A program made the translations under genes and the position numbers. From an uncultured delta proteobacterium (lineage in GTDB: Bacteria > Desulfobacterota > Syntrophobacteria > Syntrophobacterales > Syntrophobacteraceae): a stretch of DNA of 64,000 nt. The notes beneath the pieces were generated by a model, which worked only from the letters and a program-made list of their open reading frames with translations, was not told where the DNA came from and made no database searches. The stretch is from NCBI GenBank assembly GCA_963808625.1, contig CAWEHK010000004.1:1-64000 (forward strand), in the 5' to 3' direction. How positions within the stretch are numbered: the stretch's first letter is position 1; each line of letters opens with the position of its first letter. Below are positions 8,327 to 19,236 of this stretch, in pieces.

Positions 8327-11300
8327 TTATTCTATTGTTATGTTGGCGCACTTAGACCACCCGGACAGAGCCCCCTTGTCATCTTTCGCTTGCGCTTTGA
8401 CGCAGTAAGTGTTGGCCTTCACCCACTTATGAGCCGCGGAGGACTTCGGCCTCCAACTGCTTTTGACGCCATCACCCCAGTCGAAGCGGTACTGCAGGGA
8501 ATCACCATCGGGGTCGGTGGCCTTTACCGTGAACGTGTAAGACTTATTCACCTTGCCGTGGCTCGGACCTGCCGGCGGCTCAACCGACGGGCTACTGTTC
8601 ACTAGCACGTAATTCAGCTTAATGACCAAATCGCTTCCCTCAGGTCCTTGGATGGTAAGACTAACCGTGTAGATCCCAGTTTTTTCGTAGATGTGAACAG
8701 GATTCTTCTCGGTGCTTGTCGTTCCGTCCCCGAAATCCCAGAGCCAGTTCGTGGGATTGCCGACCGAGGCATCATGGAATTTCACCTTCAGGGGTGGTTT
8801 TCCCTTCACGTTGGATGCCGAAAAGTCGGCAACTGTTGCTGTTTGATTGGTTACAAAAGTTGAGAGGAAACTCTCTGCTCCAGCGTTATCGATGGCGCTA
8901 ATCGCAAACACGCGCACCGGATTTTCCCACGGATAGCTCGTAGCGTACTGGGTGGCAGAAGCCGCGACGGTTTTCACCATCTTTAGCAAAGGCTCTCCTT
9001 CTTTTCGAGTGTACACCCGGTAGCCCGCAGGCCCCGGCTCAGCAACCGGAGCCCACGTCAGTTTCGTTTTCTTCACACCACTTACAGTCATTGGCACCGC
9101 TTTCAAATTCTGCGGCCTGGGTGGGTGCTCCTGGATGTTGATCGGGCGCTTGGCCGCTGAATCCAGCTGGAAGGAAAAAGATACGGCTTGTCCCGGATAG
9201 AAAAGGGCCACCTTCGTCTCGTAGGTGATGCCCTCTCCAAGGAAGCTGAGAGTCACGAACACCTCCCCCACCGATTTGCCAGTCAAGGTAACCGCAAAGG
9301 CCCCATTGGAAGGGTTCACCAGCCTAATTCCACCACCGCTAGGATCGCGAATGATATCGCACGCCCCCGGACTGTCGTAAACTGTTTGATTGCCGTCATC
9401 GATGCCACATTTGGTCCCAGCAGGCTCGATGATAAGGGGCGCCGCTCGGCCGCGAATTGACATGCCGAGCACGGTCGGCGGCGGGCCTGCACCTTTCAGA
9501 GCGCGGCTTCCAGTGATAGTGGCAAATGTACGATCTCTATCCAGAAACTCTGCTATGGCAGGTGTTAACCGTCTAATGAGGGACTTATGCTGCCCTCGAT
9601 CTTTCGGCGGCATATTTAATTCATCAATGTGATCAATGTCTTCAAAGATGGCGCTTTCCTTCCACAGCACCGTTCCGTCCCCTGCCTCCTCTATTGCGGG
9701 TTCGCCGCTGGGCTCGCCGTCTTCATAGAGATTATTGTCTGTGCTCGGCTTAACCTTGATCTGTTTGATAGTTTTCTCTTTATTGGCACCGAATATCTTG
9801 GTTTTCACCTCCTCGTTGGGTCCGGGCTTGATCCGCTTTTTGTTTGGGTCTTTATTCAGCTTAATGAGCCAATCATTCCTAGTTTTATTATCATCGATTT
9901 TAGTGTTGCTGCCACTTAGGCAGTTATCGAAAGTAGGCATTAGCTGGTTCACGGAACTCACGAAGAGGTGAAAAAACCCTCTCGCCCGCTCCTTGCTAAT
10001 ACGCCACCAAATTGGGCCGTTATCCCAGACCCAGTAGAACATTTCCTGGCCGCCCATCAGTTCCATGTAGTTTAAGTCAGCTACTACGGAATAAAGATAA
10101 CGAGGAAAGGACTTAGCCTCCTCGTCAAGTGTCTTCGGATCGCCACCCTCCCAGAGATAGTACGCATTGAGAGATCCATGATTGGGGGTCCCGACCATAG
10201 CAAATTTGTCGATGTCATGGTTGAAATCTTCGCTCTGGATATAGCTCCTGACCAGGAGTCCCCCCATGCTGTGAGCTACAACATCCACCTTGTCCCAACC
10301 GGTGTACAGTCTTGCTTGATTGATCACAGGCACAAGATATTTCTGATACGTATCTTTTGTTTTTCCCAGGTACACCCTCCAGTCGTATGGGCAAGCGTAA
10401 ATTTCGTAACGGTCCTTCAGGGCATTCCACAGTGTGCTCCAACCTACTTCTTCATAATGAACTGGACCGAGGTCGATATCGTTGTAAAGTTTCAAGTCAT
10501 CTTGGGATGCTGGATATTGAGTCGGAAGTGTGGGATATGCGCCTATGTAACTCTTTACTGTGGTACCCATGAAACCAGGAACGAAAATAACCGGTCTCTT
10601 TTTGGAACGCACCAATAGGCTACCTGGCTGACTGGTCTCACCCTCACTTACTGTGACCCGATGTTTACTACTCTGCCGATCATTGTATGTGGCCCAGACG
10701 TTGTAACTGCCGGGCGGGACTTGGAGGAACTCAAAGACTCCATTGTCTCCCGACTGGGTGGTCTGGACGATATTATCGGAAAAGAGGTCGGACAGGTTAA
10801 CGGTTGCACCCTGGAGCAGCGCCACATTTTGGCCGGATGAGTCGTACACGTGACTTCTTATACTCCCGAAGACCTGCACGGGTGCTTCAACTGCGAAGTC
10901 GTTGCTGTCACCATAGATGGCGCCGGACTGGGCATGAATATGAGTAGCCTGCGAGGGTTCGTTGATGGCCACTTTGAACGTTTTCTCCCCATTAGCCAAG
11001 GTCACCTGGTTGGGGTTAATCAATCCGGCGGAACCCGACAAAGAGAGATAGACCTTGCCATTGAAGCTGGCGACAGAGTTTTTTGCATAATCCTCCGCTT
11101 GGATTCTTACCTGAAAGGCTACATTGACCTTTTGGTTGGGGAAGGTATGGTTTCCGTCCTTCGAGACTTTAAGATGATCCAATTCGCCAGTTACACCTTC
11201 GATCACATAGCTCACCTCGTTGCTCTTCCCTCCGGTGGCGTCATCAATGGCCCACCAGCTGTAGGTGCCGGGTTCCTTGTTCCACGGGGCGGTGTAGGTG

Positions 11301-12695
11301 ATCTCGAAGTGCCCGCTCGGATCGAGCTGTATACGCATAGTCGGATACTCACTGCCGTCGGGTTTTCTGAAGTGGAGCGTGGCTGTGCTGTTGGGTGTGA
11401 AACCTGCGCCGGACTGGACAAACGAGGTGCCCGGCGGACCGGACATCGGGGTCTGGGCAATGGTGGGTTGAGGTGACCAAGTATCCGTAAGCGGATCATA
11501 TACTTCAACATTGCCTACATCATTCAAACCATTAAAGCCCCCAAACGTATATATTTTCCCATTCATCACTACGGCAGCCAAACCGGTTCTCGCCGTTGGC
11601 ATGGGAGATTTACTAATCCATATATTAGTGGAAGGGTTATACTCTTCTACTGTCGGAAGGACATCTCCATATTGAGGTTCTTGTATTCGAGGAGCCCATC
11701 CTCCAATTGCATAAAGTTTACCATTTGTTGCTACAGCAGCAAGGTCCCATCGAGCTGTAGGCATTGGTGCCAATTCATACCAATTGTTTGTGGATGGATC
11801 ATAACTTTCTAAAGCACGTGAGGGATTTACAATCTGCCATGGACAAAGGCAAGAACCTCCAACTACAAATATCGTCCCATTAAGCACGGCACTAGCTGCT
11901 CCCCACCTATGAGTTGGCATAGGGTTCTTATTTGTCCATATATTAGTAACTGGATAATATTCTTCAACAACTCCTGTTGACTGACATTGGTTTCCCGATG
12001 ATCCACCTCCTATCGTATAGATTCTTCCATCAACAACTGATGAAGTTAATTTCCATCTTGGTGTTGGTAAATAAGTTTTTACCACCCATGTGCCCGTATC
12101 GAAATCGTATTCTTCTACAGAAGCCATTGGCTGAGTGCCATAGGGATATGCACCTCCGATGACATACAGTTTTCCGTTAACTTCAGCTGCAGTATGGATG
12201 TAACGCTCTTGTTTTAATGGGGTTTTTTCGATACTGGCATTACTTAAGGGATTATATGCCTCGAACGGAAGTTGTTAGGTCCCCCCAGGCGAACATCCCA
12301 CACTGAAAGCTTTGTGTGCTTGGGCAAGGTGTTTCGCCGACTAAACCACCAACTAAATAAATCGTCTCGTCTATTAAAGTTGAACCGAACCAAGCCCTTG
12401 ATTTTATGGGTTGAACGGATGCTAAAAAGCCTTGACGAGTGGGAGAGGTAGTCGACTCCCATAGGTATGCAACGATCTGGCCGGCATTGTTGATCCCGGA
12501 AGCCCACGTATCAGTAGAACCGGGAAAGTCAATTGAGGTATATGTGTAGGCGTAGAGCGGTTGGGTCTGGAAAAATGGCGAGATGAAAAGGAACGTAAGG
12601 GTTAGGGTGGCAGTAAAAATCTGGCCAAAGATGCGGGACTTTGATGTACAAGTCGGGGCCTTGACAGATGTGCTGTACTGTTGCCTCGTTTTCAT
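8327..12695 (-). CDS. Large secreted Kelch-repeat / Ig-like / alpha-beta hydrolase (lipase-like) / FN3-like / PKD protein, frameshifted near 12220-12270
   Basis: Signal peptide at 12695; Kelch repeats (GKLYAIGG, VEEYNP); VIFVPGFMG and VVAHSMGG nucleophile elbow; GTPNHGS; PKD motifs WLWDFGDG and FDWGDG. Confidence 0.8.
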
Positions 12696-12783
12696 GGCGC
12701 TCCTCCTTTAATTGGAGTAGCCAATAAAGATAATGGTAAAGTTGGCTCTCCTTTCCCAATCGCACTACAAGGACCGTCCCGCG

Positions 12784-13296
12784 CTACTGTACCAGCTTAA
12801 GCTGATTAAGAATGGTCTCTACGCTTGGTCGATCTTCATTACTGGCTCCAATATATTTCCAGCGAAGCACACCCGTCTTATCAATAATAACAGTGGATGG
12901 CTGGGCTCGGCCTTTCTGGTAGTTATAAGCGCCATATTCCTTCATAAGCTCTGCATGTGGACCAGGAACCAAGAGAAAATCAATGTTTAATAATTTCTGT
13001 GTTTTTTCGACATCTTCTCTGCCACGGCTTGAAAAGGCAATGACCTCAGCTTGCATTGCCCTGATTTGTTCCAGGCTCCTCTGCAACTTCCCGAGTTGCT
13101 CCAAGCACGGGGCTCAGTCATGGTTGACGTAAAAGACCAAAACGATGTTTTTGCCCTTGAAGTCAGATAGGTTTATGAACTGTCCTGAAAGATCCATTAC
13201 CGTGAAGGCGGGAGCTGGCTGATTTACCGGCGCACGCTGCATTGTAGCGCACCCCATGAACGCGAGAATAAGTAAGAAAAGCACGGTTCTTTTCAT
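12784..13296 (-). CDS. AhpC/TSA (redoxin) lipoprotein with selenocysteine UxxC motif
   Basis: Two track ORFs in the same frame separated only by TGA 13116-13114: VFYVNHD-U-APCLEQ. Lipobox FMGC; a hairpin lies downstream of the TGA. Confidence 0.85.
13083..13099 (-). promoter_or_regulatory. Putative bacterial SECIS hairpin
   Basis: GCAACT-CGGGA-AGTTGC stem-loop starting 14 nt after the in-frame UGA, with G in the loop. Confidence 0.65.
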
Positions 13297-13319
13297 GGCG
13301 TCCCTCCATTCTGGTGGCG

Positions 13320-13712
13320 CTATGGCCGCTCCTTTTCGAGCGTAGCCTCGCCATCCGGAGCCTTGCCGTAAAGTTTATTCCCCTTTAGGGAAAACCTGAT
13401 GGTGCCATGAATCCCGATATAAAAGTAGGGAGAGCCATCCAATTCTTTCACATCAAGCTTATACTCTCTTGGCTCAGCATAGCTGAAAGGGGCGTGGTTT
13501 GCCAACGTGTATAAAGCCTTTAAGCCTTCGTCGTCTTTCCGTATAACTAGCACGATCGCCCTGCTTGGCGGTTTTATTCTTCCTTTCCAATCAAAATACC
13601 AACTGCTCTTCCAGACGCCCAAAAGGGGGCTCTCCTGGGCAGATGCAAAACCGGAAAAACTGAGGAACAGCAGGAAAACCGAGAGAGAAAAAAGGAATGA
13701 AATTCTTTTCAT
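13320..13712 (-). CDS. Secreted hypothetical protein
   Basis: GGAGG RBS and signal peptide; co-directional with the redoxin. Confidence 0.65.
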   Translation of the reverse strand: MKRISFLFSLSVFLLFLSFSGFASAQESPLLGVWKSSWYFDWKGRIKPPSRAIVLVIRKDDEGLKALYTLANHAPFSYAEPREYKLDVKELDGSPYFYIGIHGTIRFSLKGNKLYGKAPDGEATLEKERP

Positions 13713-14099
13713 AGTTTAGCCTCCCTAGTCTCTTCAGAGTCGTGTAGGAAAGCTAGGAGGAAGTGGGACATTTTGCCGAAGTTGCAGGTTTGAGCTGGAA
13801 GCTGAGTATGCTTATATTTTGCATTAAATTATATCAAAACCACTCGCCTCGGTTCAAGAAGGTGGGCTCGATTTTTTGAAACAACCCAGCAAAACGGTCA
13901 CGCCCGGATCATTTCGTTACCGAGGGCGAGTCCAAGAGTAGTTTGTCCGATAGGGAAGTCGCCCGCTAATAGGGACAACCCTGGGCTGCTTTCTCGGCCA
14001 AAGCCGAAGACCAAGATCATCCCCCAGATGTGGCTTTCCTTATGCAGAGCGCTTCAATGGATTTCCATTCCGCTACTTTGCCATCCGCTCCATCGCAAT

Positions 14100-14330
14100 T
14101 TTCTTGAAGGTTTCGTCAAATGGACCGGTGGCGTGGTACGCTCTCCGTCCGGCCTTGCCACCAGAGAGACGGCTTCTTTGGGGCAGGTTGGCACGCAGAG
14201 GCCGCAGCCGATGCAGCAGTGGCGCTGGACCTAAGCGGTCACCTCGAGTTGTACTGCCTCAATCTGGCACCGCTCCACGCAGACGCCGCAAGCGGTGCAG
14301 AGGTCCTCGTCGATCTCGGCGTAGTACGAT
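14100..14330 (-). pseudogene. 4Fe-4S dicluster ferredoxin-domain fragment
   Basis: Hand translation: YYAEIDEDLCTACGVCVERCQIEAV...*VQRHCIGCGLCVPTCPKEAVSL; internal TAG at 14233-14231. Confidence 0.75.
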
Positions 14331-14890
14331 TTATGGCTCTCTTCGGAGGTAATCAGCGTTTCGGAAAGGGGCGAGTGTGCCGTTGGCTCGAGTATGGATA
14401 CCCGCCTTGGAGAGCAGAGAATCAGCGGTCAAAAAATCTCTCGATAGGGAAACTATATCGTCAGTAATCCACCTGCACTGTCAAGATGCTGGAGATGTGT
14501 AACCGTTCGGGGGACTACCTAATCCATGAACAGATCAGGGCTTCTGTTTTGGCAACAGCGGGTAAGAGGCTGGGCCAGTCTCCCTGATCTCATTGAGCCT
14601 ACCAAAAGGATTCCGCGAAAAAATTCTTGCGCAACGGATTTTTGTCTGTATAGTGTTCGCGATAACGAACAATACTTTGCGCATTAAACCTGGATTGCCA
14701 ATTAAACAATGTCGATTCGATACCGTATTTACGAACGCATGGACGAATTTTGGAAGCCTTGATACTGCCGATGAAACCAGCCCCAAAAAAATTTTACGGA
14801 GCGCAACGCGACAACACCTTCGCCCTGCAGCACGGGTTTTACTCGCGTTGCCGCTAACCTTCACTTTTCACCTGTTTCCGGAGGGCGACC

Positions 14891-16131
14891 TTGCTTGAAG
14901 CTCTGAGAATCTACATCGCGCGCAAGCTGCTGCCGAAAACGCTGACCCTCGCGTCGGTTGCCGCGCAGGTTGACGATTCTCCTGGATGGGGAAATCTTAC
15001 TTCGAGCTCTCACGACTACGACCAGGGCACCATCTCCAAGCTCTATGCGGACTCGCTTACGGCCTTTCGCAAGAACCCCATCGCCCTCCGGATCATCGGC
15101 ATCACCACGAGCTTCGTGATCGGTGATTCCATCAAGATCTCCTCGCCGGACCCCAACCTGGATAAATTCATCCAGACGTTCTGGAACCATCCCAAAAACC
15201 GCCTGGCGCTCCGCCTCGAACCCATGTGCGACGAGCTCTCCCGGGCCGGTGACCTCTTCCCCATCCTCTTTCGCAACAACCAGGACGGCATGAGCACCAT
15301 CCGGTTCACGACCAAGGACCGCATCGTCAAAATCGATTCCGAACCGAATGACTGGGAAACCGAGCTCGCCTTCTACGAGCAGAACGGCACCGCCTCTAAC
15401 ACCTGGCTTTCGGTCCACAATCCGAAGGCCGAGTCGCAGGCGTCCGTCATGCTCCACTACTCGGTCAACCGGCCGCTGGGGGCGCTCCTTGGCGAATCCG
15501 ATCTCACCACCATGCTCCCCTGGCTGCAGCGCTACTCCCGCATGCTTGAAGATCGGGTGCGGCTGCACTGGGCGATCAGGGCATTCTTGTGGATCGTCAC
15601 GGTGCCGGCCGAGAAGGTCAAGGAGAAACGCGAGCAGTACAAGACCCCGCCCGAATCCGGATCGGTTGTCGTGAAAGATCCCTCCGAATCCTGGGAGCCG
15701 GTCACTCCGCTCCTGCGGGGCGCCGATGCCGAACCGGACCTTCGCGCCGTCCGCTGCATGGTCGATGCCGGCTCGGGATACCCGGCCCACTGGCGGGGCG
15801 AAGCCGGAGACGCCAACCTCGCTACCGCCAACGCCATGCAGGACCCCACGGAAAAACACCTGCTCCGCCGCCAGCAGTATTTCTGCCACATGCTTTGCGA
15901 TATCCTCTATTGGGCCTGCACCCGGGTCGCTCAGATCGGCAAGCAGGTGCCGCTCAAGACCGACGACTACAGCGAGCTCTTTACCATCAACACGCCGGAC
16001 CTCAGCCGGGGCAATAACGAAAGCCTCAGTCGTGCCGCCCTGGGGCTGGCGCGCGCCTTTCAGTCCATCTCGGAAGAGCTGCCGGGGCCCTCGACGAAAT
16101 TGGTTCGGCTCATGATGAAGAAGGTGTTTCA
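14891..16131 (+). CDS. Phage portal-like protein, 3' end truncated
   Basis: RKNPIALRII, FWNHPKN, HYSVNRPLGALLGESDL, SGYPAHWRGEAGDANLATA resemble portal proteins; lies downstream of the terminase-like remnant. Confidence 0.65.
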
Positions 16132-17313
16132 CCTCGTCAGCTTGCCGATACCCTCAAGAGAGCCATGCAGCAGTTTCCTGCTGTTCTGGTCACCGGTCCG
16201 CGCCAGGCGGGAAAGACCACTTTTCTGCTGAACGAGGCCGGTGAGGGGTTCGCTTACGTCTGCTTCGACGACCCGGTGGAACGGTCCTTCGCCCTGACCG
16301 ATCCTATAGGGTTTCTCGACCGTTTCGGCGACAAACCGGTCATTCTCGATGAAATCCAGTATGTGCCCGACCTGCTGCCTTCACTCAAACTCCGCATCGA
16401 CCGGCAGCGACAGCGCAACGGGCGCTGGCTGTTGACCGGCTCAAAGCAGTTCCATCTCATGCGAAACATCGGCGAATCACTGGCCGGGCGGATCGCGATC
16501 TTGGATCAGCTCCCGTTCAGCATCGGAGAGCAGAAGGATCGGCAGCCCCTGTCACTGGAGGCACTCTTCTGGAACGGCTGCTATCCCGAGCCGGCACTGC
16601 ACCCCGAAAAGCGTGACCCGTGGCTTCGCTCCTACATTCAGACCTACCTCGAACGGGACGTCCGACAGCTTCAAAACATCAGGGACCTGCGGGCCTTCGA
16701 GCAGTTTGTCGCCCTGGCCTGTGCCCGTCATGCTCAGGAATTCAACAGCGCCCTTTTCTCGCGGGAGACCGGCGTCACCCTGCCGACCGCCAAGTCATGG
16801 ACCGGCATCCTTGAAGCATCCTACCTGCTCTGCCTGCTTCCTCCATTTTTCAACAATCTCGGCAAACGAATCACCAAGTCGCCCAAGCTCTACCTGCTCG
16901 ACCCGGCCATCGCCTGCTATCTTACGCGTCAGCCGAGCGGCGAGGCAGCCCTGGCGGGAGCCATGGGCGGCGCGCTCTTCGAGGGCTTGATGGTGGTCGA
17001 GGCGGTCAAGGCTTTTGCCAACGCCGGGCAGAAACCGGCGCTCTGGTACTGGCGATCCCACGATGGTCTGGAGGTGGATCTGATCCTCCAGTCGGGCGCG
17101 AAACTTGTTCCCATCGAGATCACGCTCACCACGACCCCGGCCGTTCCGCATCTTGACAGTCTCAAGCGATTCCGCGCCCTGGCCGGTGAGGAGTCGTGCG
17201 AACCCGGCATCCTGGTTTGCCGGGTGGCAGAGCAACAGCCGCTGCCGTTCGGCATCACCGCTGTGCCGTGGCAGGATTTTCCCGAGTGGCTGGCTGAGAG
17301 AGTAGGCAGCTAA
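16132..17313 (+). CDS. AAA+ ATPase (AAA_14 + DUF4143)
   Basis: PRQLADTLKRAMQQFPAVLVTGPRQAGKTT, ILDEIQ, LTGS, YLERDV, KSPKLYLLD, EVDLI. Confidence 0.9.
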   Translation, partial: PRQLADTLKRAMQQFPAVLVTGPRQAGKTTFLLNEAGEGFAYVCFDDPVERSFALTDPIGFLDRFGDKPVILDEIQYVPDLLPSLKLRIDRQRQRNGRWLLTGSKQFHLMRNIGESLAGRIAILDQLPFSIGEQKDRQPLSLEALFWNGCYPEPALHPEKRDPWLRSYIQTYLERDVRQLQNIRDLRAFEQFVALACARHAQEFNSALFSRETGVTLPTAKSWTGILEASYLLCLLPPFFNNLGKRITKSPKLYLLDPAIACYLTRQPSGEAALAGAMGGALFEGLMVVEAVKAFANAGQKPALWYWRSHDGLEVDLILQSGAKLVPIEITLTTTPAVPHLDSLKRFRALAGEESCEPGILVCRVAEQQPLPFGITAVPWQDFPEWLAERVGS

Positions 17314-17362
17314 CAGCGAAGTCGCAGAAGGCGACGTGCCGCGATATCATCGAAGCGGTGGG

Positions 17363-17590
17363 TCAGTCGGCGGGAGTTGCCACTGCGTCCTGGGGTGGCA
17401 CCTGCGTTCGAAGTGCTTTCGCGGCCTTGCGCTGCTTCGCACGCGCACCGAGGCGGGCTGTGATGATGTAGAATACCGGTACGAAAGGGATGGCAAGCAG
17501 GGTCGAGGCGAGCATGCCGCCGAAGATGACGGTGCCGAGCGACTGTTGGCTGGCGGCACCGGCGCCGGTTGCCGTCAACAGCGGAAAGAT
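17363..17590 (-). pseudogene. Diverged duplicate of an RND permease 3' end
   Basis: [41 protein letters not shown] is almost identical to the end of the 19237 gene. Confidence 0.85.
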
Positions 17591-18114
17591 AGGCGTCAAG
17601 GCTAGCCGAAAACGTGCCGGCTGGAGCAACGACTACCTCCAGCACCTGCTGAGGCCGGCATGAATTTCGTGCGATTGCCCTGCACCATAGAGGAATCCAA
17701 TGCCACTATTGATAACCTGGCAGCCACTCGGCCTGTTGCGATGGCACAGGAGATTGGCGATGGGATACGGATGATGTTGGTTCGCCGCAAGGATGCAGAT
17801 CAAGCTGCCGGCAATTCACTCACCAAACTAAAAGGATTACCACAAAATATACCTCACGAATGTGCGGTGGCGATGGCTGCCGTGCATTTCACCGGTGGTA
17901 CCGGAACCGATATAGCGGCTGTCGGTAAGGCTTACGTGTCACCGGAGGTTCCAGCCTCGAAGCGAGCGGCGGTAGCAGGCAAGATTGCCTTGATATTCTG
18001 GAGGAAATGGCACCTGGGGTTGAGGGCAAGGGATCGTGTGAAGGGGACGGCGTTCATTCGGAATAACGAAGTAGCAGAGAATTATCCCTTTTGACATCCC
18101 CTGCCGGGGGGAGG

Positions 18115-18861
18115 TCACCCACCCCGACTATTTGAACGCCTGCGGCTGTCTTCTGATGAATAAAGAGCCACCAGACGGGCGATCAGAAACGTCACATAGA
18201 ACATGCCGGTCATCGCTTCAACGATGGACAACATCCGAGCCACTTTTGACACCGGTATGATGTCACCAAAACCAAGCGTGCTGAGAGTGACGAAGCTGAA
18301 ATAAAGGGCATTGAAGGCATCCATCGAGCGATCCAAAGCCGGTCCCGCATTGAAAACAAACGAACCGGGGAGTAACCTCCCCAAGAGCAGGTAAGCAAAC
18401 ATCCAAAGAATTCCAATCATCAGGTAATTGGAGGCGGCGGCACAGAGCACCTCGGTATTGATCTGCGGTGCGGTGAGGATGAAATGAAAGAGGTTGACCA
18501 CAACGAAGGCGACAAACAGCATGCCGGCCACGAGAAAAACTTCGGTCGGCATCGCGTCAGGCCGAAGCTGGTTGACCCATTTCCCCACGAACACAGGGGT
18601 TACCAGAACGCTCGCCAGCGCCAGTTTCCTGCGGTTGGCCCCGACCGCGAGCACCGCAGAAAACAGCACCAAAGTCAGGAGTACGGCGCCGATGAAGTCG
18701 CCATGCTGCAAGGCCTCGAAGAACGGCGTAGCGACAATCCACAGCACGATCGCTATGAGCAGCTGCATGGCCGAGAAACGCCGGACTCCGTCCAGGGCTC
18801 GATTAGCCCCTTCCGGGCCGGCTTCAGCACCTTTCGGCTCGGGGTAGCTTGTCTGCGGCAC
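18115..18861 (-). CDS. Potassium channel family (Ion_trans_2) protein
   Basis: Multiple TM helices; YFSFVTLSTLGFGDI selectivity-filter motif. Confidence 0.9.
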   Translation of the reverse strand: MPQTSYPEPKGAEAGPEGANRALDGVRRFSAMQLLIAIVLWIVATPFFEALQHGDFIGAVLLTLVLFSAVLAVGANRRKLALASVLVTPVFVGKWVNQLRPDAMPTEVFLVAGMLFVAFVVVNLFHFILTAPQINTEVLCAAASNYLMIGILWMFAYLLLGRLLPGSFVFNAGPALDRSMDAFNALYFSFVTLSTLGFGDIIPVSKVARMLSIVEAMTGMFYVTFLIARLVALYSSEDSRRRSNSRGG

Positions 18862-19074
18862 GGATGCTCCTCTGCTCTTGATTTAGGTTGCTCCCCCCCC
18901 CGATGGGCGAACGCCAAAAGAGACTATCGAATGACAACAAGGAAGATCGAATTATGAAGTTGTTTTGACGTTGGCGCGTGGTTTTACCGTCTGCCAAAAA
19001 TAGAAGGGAGCCGATCGTTTTCAATTACCAACAGCTCGCCTCGCTATTTCGGAGGCTGAGTCAGATTCCCCGTT

Positions 19075-19207
19075 CGGCATTCTGCGGTTCCTTGTTCGAT
19101 ATTCGATATTCGTTCTTCAACCAAATCTGCTTACCGACCCTTGAACGCGCTCCTTTTCGGCATTCTGCGGTTTCTTGTTCGATATTCGATATTCGTTCTT
19201 CAACCAA
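19075..19207. repeat. Two direct copies of a ~49-bp ttcgatattcgatattc element
   Basis: cggcattctgcggtt(c/t)cttgttcgatattcgatattcgttcttcaaccaa at ~19075 and ~19158. Confidence 0.85.
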
Positions 19208-19236
19208 GTCAGCTCATTGACCCTTGATCGCGCTCC

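Noticed and set aside
13860..14060. Possible riboswitch or ncRNA upstream of the secreted-protein genes
   Set aside because: No recognisable consensus by eye; would need an Rfam/Infernal search.
14861..16132. Long antisense ORFs (also 20171-21655, 33368-34333, 60756-61622, 62615-63778)
   Set aside because: Shadow frames of well-supported genes in GC-rich DNA; no motifs.
14891..17313. Intact prophage
   Set aside because: No capsid, tail, integrase or lysis genes; the terminase is a pseudogene.
17660..18094. 144-aa ORF
   Set aside because: No RBS or recognisable motif; cannot be supported as a gene.
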